The position numbers were made by a program, and so were the translations under genes. From the NCBI GenBank assembly GCA_937139515.1, contig CAKZQI010000174.1, forward strand, positions 1 to 48,260: a stretch of 48,260 bases of DNA, read 5' to 3'. The notes under the pieces were generated by a model that had not been told where the DNA came from, ran no database searches, and worked only from the letters and a program-made list of their open reading frames with translations. Positions 34,085-42,587 of this stretch are shown one piece after another (the stretch's first letter is position 1; every line of letters begins with the position of its first letter). This stretch comes from an uncultured Armatimonadetes bacterium (GTDB taxonomy: Bacteria > Armatimonadota > Fimbriimonadia > Fimbriimonadales > GBS-DC).

Positions 34085-34361
34085 TACTTGCGGGGCGTCT
34101 GACGCCCTGCTACCACCACCCAAAAGGGGGGAGGCGAGACGGGCGCTATGTCGCGGTCCAACTCGGTGGGCGAATACGCTGCGGTTCGTTTACCGTTTTG
34201 GATCATCGCCATAGGCGCTTCAGCCCTGCGGGGCACCCGCGTCTGGTACCGAAACCGACCGCGCAAAAACCCACATCGCCTCCGAGTTCGATGTAGCTTC
34301 TGCTACCTCGCACTCGGCTGTAGCTTCGGGCTACAGGACAATCTTTCGTCAGGAGGACACT
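34085..34361 (+). promoter_or_regulatory. Long structured 5' leader, a candidate cis-regulatory RNA of unknown class
   Basis: About 275 nt separate the promoter from the AGGAGG SD. Long-range complementarity: GGAGGCGA...UCGCCUCC and CGCGGUC...GACCGCG. Local hairpins: GGGCGU-CUG-ACGCCC, GUAGC-UUCU-GCUAC and CUGUAGC-UUCGG-GCUACAG just before the SD. Confidence 0.4.
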
Positions 34362-34925
34362 ATGATGAACCGGGTTGGGATGCTGGGGCACCGACCGGCG
34401 CGGTCGCCTCTGGGTGTCTTCGCATGGGTACAGTCGCTGGTATGCAACGCCCGCAACTGGATACTCCGTGCGTTTGCTCCCTCGCGCGCGCAGGCGGCAA
34501 TTCACCCCATTCAGAATCAGTTTGAGTTCGAGATTGCGCCCCCGAGCCTGCGCCAGAACGACGCTCGCTCGCTGGGCACTCACCTGCTCGTGGAGCTCTA
34601 CGGTTGTGAACCGCGCACTCTGGAGCGGGTCGCCTATGTTGAAAATGCGCTGGTGCAAGCCGCGCACTACTCCAACGCGCATATCGTCAGCCACTTCTTC
34701 CATGAGTTTGAACCGTACGGCGTGTCGGGCGTGGTCGTAATTGAAGAATCACACTACACCATCCACACCTGGCCCGAGAAGCGCTACGCGGCGATAGACC
34801 TGTTCTTCTGCTCGGAAACGGTGGACGCCGAACGCGCCCTGCAAGTGTTGGGGGAGGTATTCAAACCCGAGCATGTGGATGTGATGCTCATTCGACGAGG
34901 GGTTCACGACCGTGCCCCAAGTTGA
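34362..34925 (+). CDS. speH: S-adenosylmethionine decarboxylase proenzyme (pyruvoyl, SpeH type) with ~65-aa N-terminal extension
   Basis: Self-cleavage motif GVSGVVVIEESHYTIHTWPE and AAIDLFFC. AGGAGG lies 6 nt before ATGATG. No in-frame ATG/GTG/TTG lies closer to the canonical N-terminus (SLGTHLLVELYGC). Confidence 0.8.
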   Translation: MMNRVGMLGHRPARSPLGVFAWVQSLVCNARNWILRAFAPSRAQAAIHPIQNQFEFEIAPPSLRQNDARSLGTHLLVELYGCEPRTLERVAYVENALVQAAHYSNAHIVSHFFHEFEPYGVSGVVVIEESHYTIHTWPEKRYAAIDLFFCSETVDAERALQVLGEVFKPEHVDVMLIRRGVHDRAPS

Positions 34926-36130
34926 CTAACCACACCGCCCCACCCATGGGCAGTGGAGAATCGAGCGCGGTGGCAAACGAGACCGAGACCCGAATCGGGC
35001 ACCCCTACGCGGTATCGGCGCTCCCCAAGTTGGAGGAGGGTTCCGTCGGTCTCGTTGCCCCGCAACGGCTCGTCTTTCAAGAGGGGCTGACCCTCGCTTC
35101 GGGCGTGCATCTCGCCCCGATTGAGGTCGCCTTTGAAACCTACGGCACCCTCAACCCCACCCGCGACAATGTCGTCTTGGTGTGCCACGCGCTTTCTGGG
35201 GGCGCACACGCTTCAGGCAAACATCACCCCGACGACCGCAAACCCGGCTGGTGGGACCTCTACATCGGTCCCTGTAAAGCACTAGATACCGAGCGGTTCT
35301 TTGTCGTATGCGTGAACGTGTTGGCAAGTCCCTACGGCACGACTTCGCCAATGTCCACAAACCCCGCCACAGGCAAGCCTTATCGGCTGGAGTTCCCCGA
35401 AATCTGCGTCGCTGACTGGGTGGAGTTGGAGCGTCGGGTGCTGGAGCATCTGGGCATACGCCACCTGCATGCGGTGGTCGGTGGCTCCACAGGCGGGATG
35501 CGCGCCTTCGAGTGGGCGGTGCGTTATCCCGATTGGATGGACAAAGCGGTAGTCATCGCTGCGCCCGCACGCTCCAGCCCGATGGTGATTGCGCTCAACC
35601 ATATCCAACGCCAGGCAATCTTGATGGGCTTAGAGTATGGGGGCGAGGAGGGTGCCCAACGCGGGCTGGCACTTGCCCGAATGCTGGCGCACATCTCGTA
35701 TCTCTCGGAAGATGCGCTCTGGCAAAAGTTCGCGCGGGAACCCCACACCGACGCCGAGTATTGGAAGGTGCTTTATCAAATTGAGAGCTACTTGGAGTAC
35801 AAAGCCAGCACCTTCCTCCAGCGTTTTGAACCCTACTGCTACCTTTATATCACGCGGGCGATGGACACCTTTGATTTGGGCACAACCTACGGCGAGGGCG
35901 ACTTGGAGCGAGCGCTCGCCCGTGTGCAAGTGCCGATTTTGCTGGTCAGTTTCACCTCCGACTGGCTGTTCCCACCCTCAGGACAGGACGAGGCGGCGCA
36001 AATCCTGCGCAAGTTGGGCAAATCGGTCATCCACGAGGTCATCGACTCCCCGTGGGGACACGACTCGTTTCTGGTGGAGCGTGTGAAACCCCAACTGAAG
36101 CCGATTTTGAAAGCGTTTATTGAGGAATGA
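34922..36130 (+). CDS. metX: Homoserine O-acetyltransferase
   Basis: Alpha/beta hydrolase with VVLVCHALSG, nucleophile elbow VVGGSTGGMRAFEW, and SDWLFPP...GHDSFL. The TTG start overlaps the speH stop codon; an alternative ATG is at 34946. Confidence 0.85.
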   Translation: MTNHTAPPMGSGESSAVANETETRIGHPYAVSALPKLEEGSVGLVAPQRLVFQEGLTLASGVHLAPIEVAFETYGTLNPTRDNVVLVCHALSGGAHASGKHHPDDRKPGWWDLYIGPCKALDTERFFVVCVNVLASPYGTTSPMSTNPATGKPYRLEFPEICVADWVELERRVLEHLGIRHLHAVVGGSTGGMRAFEWAVRYPDWMDKAVVIAAPARSSPMVIALNHIQRQAILMGLEYGGEEGAQRGLALARMLAHISYLSEDALWQKFAREPHTDAEYWKVLYQIESYLEYKASTFLQRFEPYCYLYITRAMDTFDLGTTYGEGDLERALARVQVPILLVSFTSDWLFPPSGQDEAAQILRKLGKSVIHEVIDSPWGHDSFLVERVKPQLKPILKAFIEE

Positions 36131-36176
36131 GGCGCTTGGGGAGGGGAGAGCCGTTCGTGCCCTCCCCCCCAGAGGA

Positions 36177-36344
36177 TTAGCGTCCCTCGCCTCGTTCGGC
36201 GGCGGGAGCGGCGTTCGTCGGTTGGCGTGGGGGCGCATCGCTGTAGTCGGGGTCACCCGGATACTGTCGGCATCCGCCCAACAGCATCAGCGCCAGAATC
36301 AGCCCGAAAGCCCAAAGAGTGAACCGCTTTGTCTGCACCGTCAT
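36177..36344 (-). CDS. Small putative lipoprotein (55 aa; below the ORF-track cutoff)
   Basis: My minus-strand translation is MTVQTKRFTLWAFGLILALMLLGGCRQYPGDPDYSDAPPRQPTNAAPAAERGEGR, with lipobox LLGGC. An aggaga sequence abuts the ATG, so the GTG at 36338 may be the real start. Confidence 0.4.
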   Translation of the reverse strand: MTVQTKRFTLWAFGLILALMLLGGCRQYPGDPDYSDAPPRQPTNAAPAAERGEGR

Positions 36345-36421
36345 TCTCCTGCGTATTGATAGCGGTAGGCACGCAAGCCACTGGACAGGGTGATAATCTC
36401 AAAGAAGCGCTCGGTACGAAG

Positions 36422-36804
36422 TTAGGAAAAGATAATCCCACCGCTGGAGCGGTTCGGACCAGTGAGGATGGGGTCGTCTTGGCGTCGGGCGTTCGGGGAG
36501 TAGAAGAGACGCAGGTTCTTCACATAGGGTTGCACCTTGAGCATCCACGAGGCGTCGTAGTCAATCCCGTTGCTGGCGTTGGTCTCAGGGTTGTCCTCCA
36601 CGGCAGGGGCGAACCGCTCGTCATAGTCCTGAAGGTACATCATGTGCGCCTTCACAATCTGGTTCACATTGCTGATAGAGGTGGTTTGCGTGCCGAGTCG
36701 CGTGCTTGGGCAAACACAGGGAACAGAATCGCCACCAAGATGGCGATAATCGCTATCACCACCAGCAGCTCAATAAGGGTAAAGCCACTCTTAGCCCGTT
36801 GCAT
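36422..36804 (-). pseudogene. Prepilin-type N-terminal cleavage/methylation domain protein (pseudopilin/DUF1559-like), frameshifted
   Basis: ATG at 36804 lies 10 nt after [46 protein letters not shown] then runs into a stop at 36664. Shifting frame at cgcaaaccacc (~36684) continues [25 protein letters not shown]..., which parallels the intact paralog at 39994. Confidence 0.75.
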
Positions 36805-36884
36805 TGTAGGTAGACCTCCTGCACGAAGTGCATAACCTATATACCCCATCGTTTTGTCAATTCCTGCTGGGCGCAAGGGAAAAG

Positions 36885-37000
36885 AGGATGAGGGTTTTTT
36901 GAACCCCTCACCCACCCCAACCCTCCCCCTAAATGCAGGGGGTAAAATGGTTCCCCACGCTGGCGGGGGGAACCTTAAGGAGGGGGCAAACAACCCCTCC
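36885..37000. repeat. GC-hairpin elements (family 2-like, divergent)
   Basis: cccctcacccaccccaa-ccctccccctaaatgcaggggg and ttccccacgctggcgggggg aa hairpins with cctcaccc-type flanks. Confidence 0.6.
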
Positions 37001-37023
37001 CCAACCCCTGACAGGAGTACACT

Positions 37024-37187
37024 TGTTGAGTTCAAGTTTGCAAAACGCCTGCCACTTTTAGAAGCAAGCGGTAGCACCAAGCAGAGAACTTCGCTTCTAC
37101 CCGAAAAGCCCACCCTGTCACCCTGAGCGAGGCGAAGGGTCTGTGGTTTGGGTTTTGGCGAGATTCTTCGCTTCGCTCAGAATGACA
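37024..37187. repeat. Composite ~160-bp MITE/REP-like element (family 1, long form)
   Basis: Colinear with 3222..3375 (see that entry). Confidence 0.85.
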
Positions 37188-37271
37188 ATAAACGCTTTGT
37201 TCGTGATAACACGGCTCGGTGCTTTGTGTATCCCAGTGCACGGAACTGTGGGTCAAACCAAAAAACCACCC

Positions 37272-37327
37272 TGTCACCCTGAGCGATAGCGAAGGGTCTG
37301 AGATTCTTCGCTTCGCTCAGAACGACA
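37272..37327. repeat. Family 1 palindromic element (minimal form, short loop)
   Basis: tgtcaccctgagcgatagcgaagggtctgagattcttcgcttcgctcagaacgaca. Confidence 0.85.
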
Positions 37328-37405
37328 AACACGCTCACCCGAAAGATAGATAACCCCCAGATAGCATCTGGGGGTAGCGAGTGTCAAAGTGGAGGGATAA
37401 GAAGC

Positions 37406-38437
37406 TTAGGCGCGTCGGCGGCGCAGACCGAGTAGCCCAATCAAGCCAGTGCCCAAAGCCAGCATGCTTGCAGGCTCAGGAATAATCTCAAACTGGAGCT
37501 CATCGAGCCCTTGATTGAGCTGAACCGTGCCCGCGTACACATCGTGGTAGCCGTCCCAAAGCATTCGGTAGTTCACTCGCAGGGTCACGATGTCGCCGAT
37601 GTTGTAGCCCGTTAGGTTCAGGGTAAAGGTGTTGCCGAAGTTGGAGACGGTCTTGGTTGCGGTTCCCTCGTTCACGGCGAAGGTGACCCCATTACTGCCC
37701 GTCTGGACGATGGTGCTATCCACTTGGAAGTTGCCTTCCACGCGCACATCGTCGCGGAAAGGCGAGTTGATAGCACCGAAGAAGGCACCGCCTGTCACCT
37801 GACCGCGCGAAACCGTGCCGTTGAGAACCGTCCAGGAGATGGTGATGGAGGAGTTCAGATTCTTGTTGACTTGAAAACCGGGAGTCACCAGGTCATCATC
37901 GGGCACACCGATGATGCTACCGTAAGGACTGCTTGCCTTGTTGATGGGTGCAGCGTTGTTCGCTTGGGCGCGGATGCGGGTTTCCAGCTCGCCCCCAAAG
38001 GCAGGGCGGTTCGAGAGCTGCTCACTGCGAAACACATGCCCCGAGCCGACCCAAGTGGTGTGGGTGATGACACCGCTGGGGTTATCGCCAGTCAGACCAG
38101 CGAAGCGGTTCGCGGGCAGACGCCAATAGCTTCCTGCTGAGGTTCCGCCCGTGCCCGAGAAGCGTAGCACCAGTCGCCCGAACGGGTCGCCACTGCTGAA
38201 GGCGGTCACATCGCGCCGCCATCGCCATCCGTTGCCTGTACCTAAACCAGAGGTATCACGCAGAACCCACTCAGAAGCAGTATGCGCACCTGAGGTCGGT
38301 CCCGAACTCGAGTAGCTCAAACTAAAGTCCACATTGTTCGGTCCGTCGTTGTTGAACACCAAGAACTGCTGTGCCAAAGCAGTGGTGCTAATCAACGCAC
38401 TGCCTAAACTCAATCCAAGCCATCGTGTCAATCGCAT
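37406..38437 (-). CDS. PEP-CTERM-anchored secreted protein, no recognised domain
   Basis: Signal peptide LGLSLGSALISTTALAQ. C-terminal IPEPASMLALGTGLIGLLGLRRRRA. gggaga SD. Confidence 0.85.
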   Translation of the reverse strand: MRLTRWLGLSLGSALISTTALAQQFLVFNNDGPNNVDFSLSYSSSGPTSGAHTASEWVLRDTSGLGTGNGWRWRRDVTAFSSGDPFGRLVLRFSGTGGTSAGSYWRLPANRFAGLTGDNPSGVITHTTWVGSGHVFRSEQLSNRPAFGGELETRIRAQANNAAPINKASSPYGSIIGVPDDDLVTPGFQVNKNLNSSITISWTVLNGTVSRGQVTGGAFFGAINSPFRDDVRVEGNFQVDSTIVQTGSNGVTFAVNEGTATKTVSNFGNTFTLNLTGYNIGDIVTLRVNYRMLWDGYHDVYAGTVQLNQGLDELQFEIIPEPASMLALGTGLIGLLGLRRRRA

Positions 38438-38456
38438 GGTAGTATCTCCCTATTGT

Positions 38457-38474
38457 GGAGAGCGGTCGCTCTCC
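38457..38474. promoter_or_regulatory. Perfect 8+2+8 palindrome upstream of the PEP-CTERM gene (candidate operator)
   Basis: ggagagcg-gt-cgctctcc sits about 20 nt upstream of the ATG at 38437, next to an AT-rich tattaaaaat stretch on the coding strand. Confidence 0.3.
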
Positions 38475-38574
38475 ATTTTTAATAGACTCAAAAGGTCTTG
38501 CCAACCGGACAGCGAAAAGGAGGTAAAGGGGCAGATTTAACGTAGGCTTAACGGACTGCCAGAGGCACACTTAG

Positions 38575-39046
38575 AGTTTTGAGGTTTGGGGTTCTACGAG
38601 GGATTTGACGCGATTCTTCGCTTCGCTCAGAATGACAGTTTCCCCCCTTTTCACCCTGAGCGATAGCGAAGGGTCTGTGCCTGGGGTTTTGTAGGGATTC
38701 TTCGCTGCGCTCAGAATGACAAAGTGGGGCGCTCAGTGCAATCCCCCACTGTCACCCTGAGCGTCAGCGAAGGGACTCTGTCTTGGGTTTCGTTGAGATT
38801 CTTCGCTGCGCTCAGAATGACAAAGTGGGGCGCTCAGTGCAATCCTCCACTGTCACCCTGAGCGATAGCGAAGGGTCTGTGCCTGGGGTTTTGTAGGGAT
38901 TCTTCGCTGCGCTCAGAATGACAAAGTGGGGCGCTCAGTGCAATCCCCCACTGTCACCCTGAGCGAAGCGAAGGGTCTCTGTCTTGGGTTTCGTTGAGAT
39001 TCTTCGCTGCGCTCAGAATGACAAAGTGGGGCGCTCAGAATGAGAA
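38575..39046. repeat. Tandem array of family 1 palindromic elements (101-bp period, 202-bp higher order)
   Basis: The left arm tcaccctgagcg starts at 38651, 38752, 38853 and 38954, exactly 101 bp apart. The right arm ttcttcgctgcgctcagaatgaca occurs 5 times. Loops alternate between gtctgtgcctggggttttgtaggg and ctctgtcttgggtttcgttgag variants. The linker aagtggggcgctcagtgcaatcc(c/t)ccac is constant. Confidence 0.95.
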
Positions 39047-39124
39047 TAGGGGTCTAACGGGAATGTGAGTATAGCCCGATCTGGGAGCCGATTGAGGCGT
39101 TCGGGCGGGTATAACGAATTGCTC

Positions 39125-39997
39125 ATGCAGACCGTACAACAGGCATCAGAACGCCGTTGGGCTTGGCTGGGGTGGAGCCTCGCTTTTTTTGTGCTTCAAG
39201 CGGGCACACCATTTATCACGCTCCCGCTCCAGTGGGTGAAGATGGGCACGCTGTTCAGCACGCTCCTGCTGATGGCGACCCTGCTGGGGCTGATTTTCAG
39301 CCTCACACGCTTGACTGAGGCGGTCCGGTGGTTGGGGCTGATGATGCTCGTCGGAGGCGCTATCCTCTGGGTGGGCGGATGGTTGCTTCCCCCCGTGCTT
39401 GGGTGGAGCGCACAGAACCGACCCCCGATGGCTCTCTTCGCCCTCTACCAGACGAGCCTGTACTACCTGTTGCTCCTTACAGCGGTGGGGCTGGGTTCCG
39501 TGCTGTCGCGGATTGTGCGTGAGAAGAACCTCTTGGTGCCTGTGGTGCCCTTCGCAGCGATGGTGGATGTGCTGACCGTGCTGGCGCCAGGCGGCTTCGT
39601 CAAGCGGGTGATGGAGCAGGCGCCCGAAGTCGCCGAGCGCGCCAGCGTCGCCGTCACGGCAGTGCCCAGCGCGGTGGAGACTTTTGAGCAGGTGGTGCCG
39701 ATTGTGATTATCGGGGTGGGCGATTTTGTGTTTTTGGCGCTGTATGCCTCGTGCCTGTGGCGGTTTCAACTGCGCGTGCTCCCCACGGCAATCGGGTTGT
39801 TCGTCGTGCTTTGGGTGTACTTGGTGATGGTGATGGTGGACCTCGCCCCGAAACTGCCTGCCCTGCTCCCGATGGCGCTCGTGTTCCTTGCTATCAACTG
39901 GCGCGAGTTTCGTCTAAGCCCTCAGGAGAAGCTCGCCAGCTTGGTGGTGGTGAGTATCGTCATCGGCTTCATCGGCTGGCTCTTCTGGAGGACATGA
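39125..39997 (+). CDS. Presenilin/signal-peptide-peptidase-like GxGD intramembrane aspartyl protease (putative)
   Basis: Polytopic membrane protein. [25 protein letters not shown] parallels presenilin-1 TM6 [35 protein letters not shown] parallels [23 protein letters not shown] parallels the ALPALPISITF PAL motif. The start is uncertain (ATG 39125 or GTG 39065). Confidence 0.6.
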   Translation: MQTVQQASERRWAWLGWSLAFFVLQAGTPFITLPLQWVKMGTLFSTLLLMATLLGLIFSLTRLTEAVRWLGLMMLVGGAILWVGGWLLPPVLGWSAQNRPPMALFALYQTSLYYLLLLTAVGLGSVLSRIVREKNLLVPVVPFAAMVDVLTVLAPGGFVKRVMEQAPEVAERASVAVTAVPSAVETFEQVVPIVIIGVGDFVFLALYASCLWRFQLRVLPTAIGLFVVLWVYLVMVMVDLAPKLPALLPMALVFLAINWREFRLSPQEKLASLVVVSIVIGFIGWLFWRT

Positions 39998-40692
39998 GGA
40001 CAAAAGCCTTCACACTGATTGAACTGCTGGTGGTGATTGCGATTATCGCCATCCTGACTGCGATTCTGTTTCCGGTGCTTTCGCAAGCGCGTGAGAGCGC
40101 CCGGCAAAGCGCGTGTGCCCAGAACCTGCGCCAAATCGGGCAGGCGTTCTGGATGTACCTCCAGGATTACGATGAGCGCATGCCCGACCGACGCGACCTC
40201 AAGCGCAACTTGCTGGGCGGATACCGCCCGTGGACAACCTGGCCCCCCTCCGACCCCCGTTGTGGGTGGGCAGGCATCGTTTTGGAACCTTATATGCGCA
40301 ACTGGAATCTCTGGAACTGTCCCAGCGTGACAGGGAGCGCATTAGGGGAGGCCATCCAGGTGCTTCAGCGCGCCGAGCCGACCCTCCAGACCGAAAAGCG
40401 CACGCGCTACTGGATGTGGCGCTTTGATCGCCCTGACGACCCTGTGCCCCCCGATAACTTCTGGGGCAAAACACCCGACCAGGCGGTGGCGGACCTGCAA
40501 GCCAATCCGAGCAACTTCTATGCGCGTCCTGAGGGTGTCAGCGATGTGGAGCTAGCGGTGGACCCCTACTTCCCGCGCACGATTGGCACCGTTGCGCCTG
40601 AACTGCGCGGGCGCGCCGTCCATCGTGGGGGGCGCAACCGCCTGATGCTGGATGGACATATCCGCTGGCTTCGCGACATTCGTACGGACTGA
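39994..40692 (+). CDS. Prepilin-type N-terminal cleavage/methylation domain protein (pseudopilin/DUF1559-like)
   Basis: [51 protein letters not shown]. The ATG overlaps the upstream stop codon (ATGA). Confidence 0.85.
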   Translation: MRTKAFTLIELLVVIAIIAILTAILFPVLSQARESARQSACAQNLRQIGQAFWMYLQDYDERMPDRRDLKRNLLGGYRPWTTWPPSDPRCGWAGIVLEPYMRNWNLWNCPSVTGSALGEAIQVLQRAEPTLQTEKRTRYWMWRFDRPDDPVPPDNFWGKTPDQAVADLQANPSNFYARPEGVSDVELAVDPYFPRTIGTVAPELRGRAVHRGGRNRLMLDGHIRWLRDIRTD

Positions 40693-40763
40693 TTACTGGG
40701 TTTGGGTTGCTGAGAGGCATGTGCTTCAACCCGCAAGTGTGGGAAACCGCCAAAGGGCTGTCG

Positions 40764-42587
40764 TCAATACCCCAGCTCAAAGAAGTAGCGGAGCCACTCG
40801 CCAGCGACGGGCGCAGCGATTGCTCCCCCGCCTCCCGCTTCCTCTGCCATCACGCAGATTGCGACGCGTGGGTTGTCGGCAGGGGCAAAGGCGATGAACC
40901 ACGCGTGGGTCTTACCCCCTTTGCGGAACTCGGCAGAACCCGTCTTGCCCGCCACCTGCACTCCGGGCACCCGCCCTGAGCGGGCGGTTCCCCGTTCCAC
41001 CGTGCGCACCATTGCTTCTACGACCGCCTCCCAGTGCTGGGGCGACGCCTCGTAGCGGTGAATCACTTCTGGCTCGGCGTTCTCTAAGACAGTCCCATCG
41101 GGCGCCACGATTTGGCGCATCAGGTGTGGACGATAGATGACCCCCCGATTCGCAATCCCCATCGTGACCACCGCCCACTGAAGGGGCGTGTTGCTCAGAT
41201 AGCCCTGACCAATCCCGTAGTTGAGCGTCTCGCCGCCAAACCAAGGCTGGTTGTAGGTCTGGCGTTTCCATTCCGTGTCGGGCACTAACCCCCTACGCTC
41301 GTGCGGGAGGTCAATCCCCGTGCGTTCGCCCAACCCGAAGGCTCGTGCCAACTCCGCCAAGCGGTTGGGACCTAATCGCTGTGCCAACTGATAGTAAAAC
41401 ACATCGCACGACTGGGCGACCGAGTCGTAAAAGTCTACATACCCGTGCCGTTTCCAACATCGGAAGTAGCGCTGACCCGCTTGATAACCGCCTGCACAGC
41501 GTACCCCTGAGTGCGTGCTGATGAGTCCCGACTTCAGCCCCTCTAAGGCGACAATCGGTTTGAAAATGGAACCGGGCGCGTAAGCCGATTGGATAGCGCG
41601 GTTGTTGAGGGGCGCACGCGGGTCGTTGATGAGTGGTGCCCAGATTTTGGCAGGGATGCGCGGGACGAACAGGTTCGGGTCAAACGAGGGCTGGCTGACC
41701 ATCGCCAACACTTCGCCTGTGCGGGGGTCTATCGCCACCAAAGCGCCCAGATGACCCTGAAGCAGTTCAAACGCCTTCTGCTGGAGGCGCGTATCGATCG
41801 TCAGCACGAGGCGTGCGCCCGGCGTCGGCTCAAACTGTTGCACGGTGCGCACCTTCTTGCCCAGCGGGGTCACTTCCACCTGCTCGCCACCGGGCTTGCC
41901 GTGCAGATACCATTCGTATTGGCGCTCCAGCCCATTTTTACCGACGAAGTCCGTGCCCTCATAGAGGCGCGTACTAATCCAATCGCCTTCTCCCTCTTGC
42001 TGGGCACGCTCAGAATACTCCTTCAGCTCCTCCTGAGAAATCTGCCCGACATAGCCCACGATGTGCGCAAACAGCTTGCCATACGGATAGCGTCGCATCG
42101 CCCGAAGCGAGACCTCCACTTCGGGCAGGTTGTACTGGCTCTCGATGAGGTCAACCGCCTGCTCATATTGCACCCCCTGAAGCACCACCAACGGCACATA
42201 CGGGTTGATGCGCGGGTTGTTGACCATCTCGCTCAGCTCTTCAGGGGTTATGCCAAGGCGTTGTGCGACAAGCGGGATTCGCTCGGGGTTCTGGCGCAGT
42301 TGGTCTGGATAGACGCTAATCACGATTTGGGCGCGGTTGGTGACGACCGTTTTGCCGTTTCGGTCTACAATCAGCCCACGCGGAGGCGGAATTCTCAGCA
42401 AGCGCGTGCGCACCAACTCGGCGCGGGCACTCAACTCCTCACCGTGCAAAATCTGCAAGTACCATAACCGTCCGACCAGCACCATCAGTACCAGCGCCAC
42501 CGCCACAAGTAGCCCGTACTCTTGGGGGGTTATCGGGCGTTTGTCCTCGGCGCGTATGCCCAAGTAGCGTTTCGGTCGTTGTATCAT
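40764..42587 (-). CDS. mrdA: Penicillin-binding protein 2 (peptidoglycan D,D-transpeptidase)
   Basis: N-terminal TM helix and PBP dimerisation domain. SxxK in PGSIFKP. KTGSAEF (KTG). The ATG overlaps the PBP1A stop codon (ATGA). Confidence 0.85.
   Translation of the reverse strand: MIQRPKRYLGIRAEDKRPITPQEYGLLVAVALVLMVLVGRLWYLQILHGEELSARAELVRTRLLRIPPPRGLIVDRNGKTVVTNRAQIVISVYPDQLRQNPERIPLVAQRLGITPEELSEMVNNPRINPYVPLVVLQGVQYEQAVDLIESQYNLPEVEVSLRAMRRYPYGKLFAHIVGYVGQISQEELKEYSERAQQEGEGDWISTRLYEGTDFVGKNGLERQYEWYLHGKPGGEQVEVTPLGKKVRTVQQFEPTPGARLVLTIDTRLQQKAFELLQGHLGALVAIDPRTGEVLAMVSQPSFDPNLFVPRIPAKIWAPLINDPRAPLNNRAIQSAYAPGSIFKPIVALEGLKSGLISTHSGVRCAGGYQAGQRYFRCWKRHGYVDFYDSVAQSCDVFYYQLAQRLGPNRLAELARAFGLGERTGIDLPHERRGLVPDTEWKRQTYNQPWFGGETLNYGIGQGYLSNTPLQWAVVTMGIANRGVIYRPHLMRQIVAPDGTVLENAEPEVIHRYEASPQHWEAVVEAMVRTVERGTARSGRVPGVQVAGKTGSAEFRKGGKTHAWFIAFAPADNPRVAICVMAEEAGGGGAIAAPVAGEWLRYFFELGY

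Noticed and set aside
34085-34361. The transcript from the strong promoter could be tmRNA, SRP RNA, RNase P RNA, a SAM-I/II/IV riboswitch or a T-box.
   Set aside because: I found no tmRNA ends (GGGG...UCCACCA), no SRP GGAA/AGCA domain IV motif, no GAAAGUCC, no GGCAACC/GGUGC SAM core, and only a partial UGGUACCG T-box-like match. It is left as an unclassified candidate leader rather than given a named family.
34148-34525. 125-aa ORF inside the speH leader.
   Set aside because: It has no RBS, is off-frame relative to speH, and has Arg/Cys/Gly-rich composition. The region is better explained as structured leader RNA.
36805-37113. Upstream extension of the pseudopilin ORF (149-aa ORF starting at 37113).
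   Set aside because: The extension reads through family 1 and family 2 repeats. A strong AGGAGG SD precedes the internal ATG at 36804, which gives the canonical short prepilin leader MQRAKSG|FTLIE.
38575-39046. Possible CRISPR array (regularly spaced repeats with palindromic cores).
   Set aside because: The inter-repeat segments are not unique; two loop variants alternate exactly. Each unit is itself a long inverted repeat belonging to a dispersed family, the 101-bp period does not fit a repeat-plus-spacer structure, and there are no cas genes. It is a tandemly amplified REP/MITE-like element.
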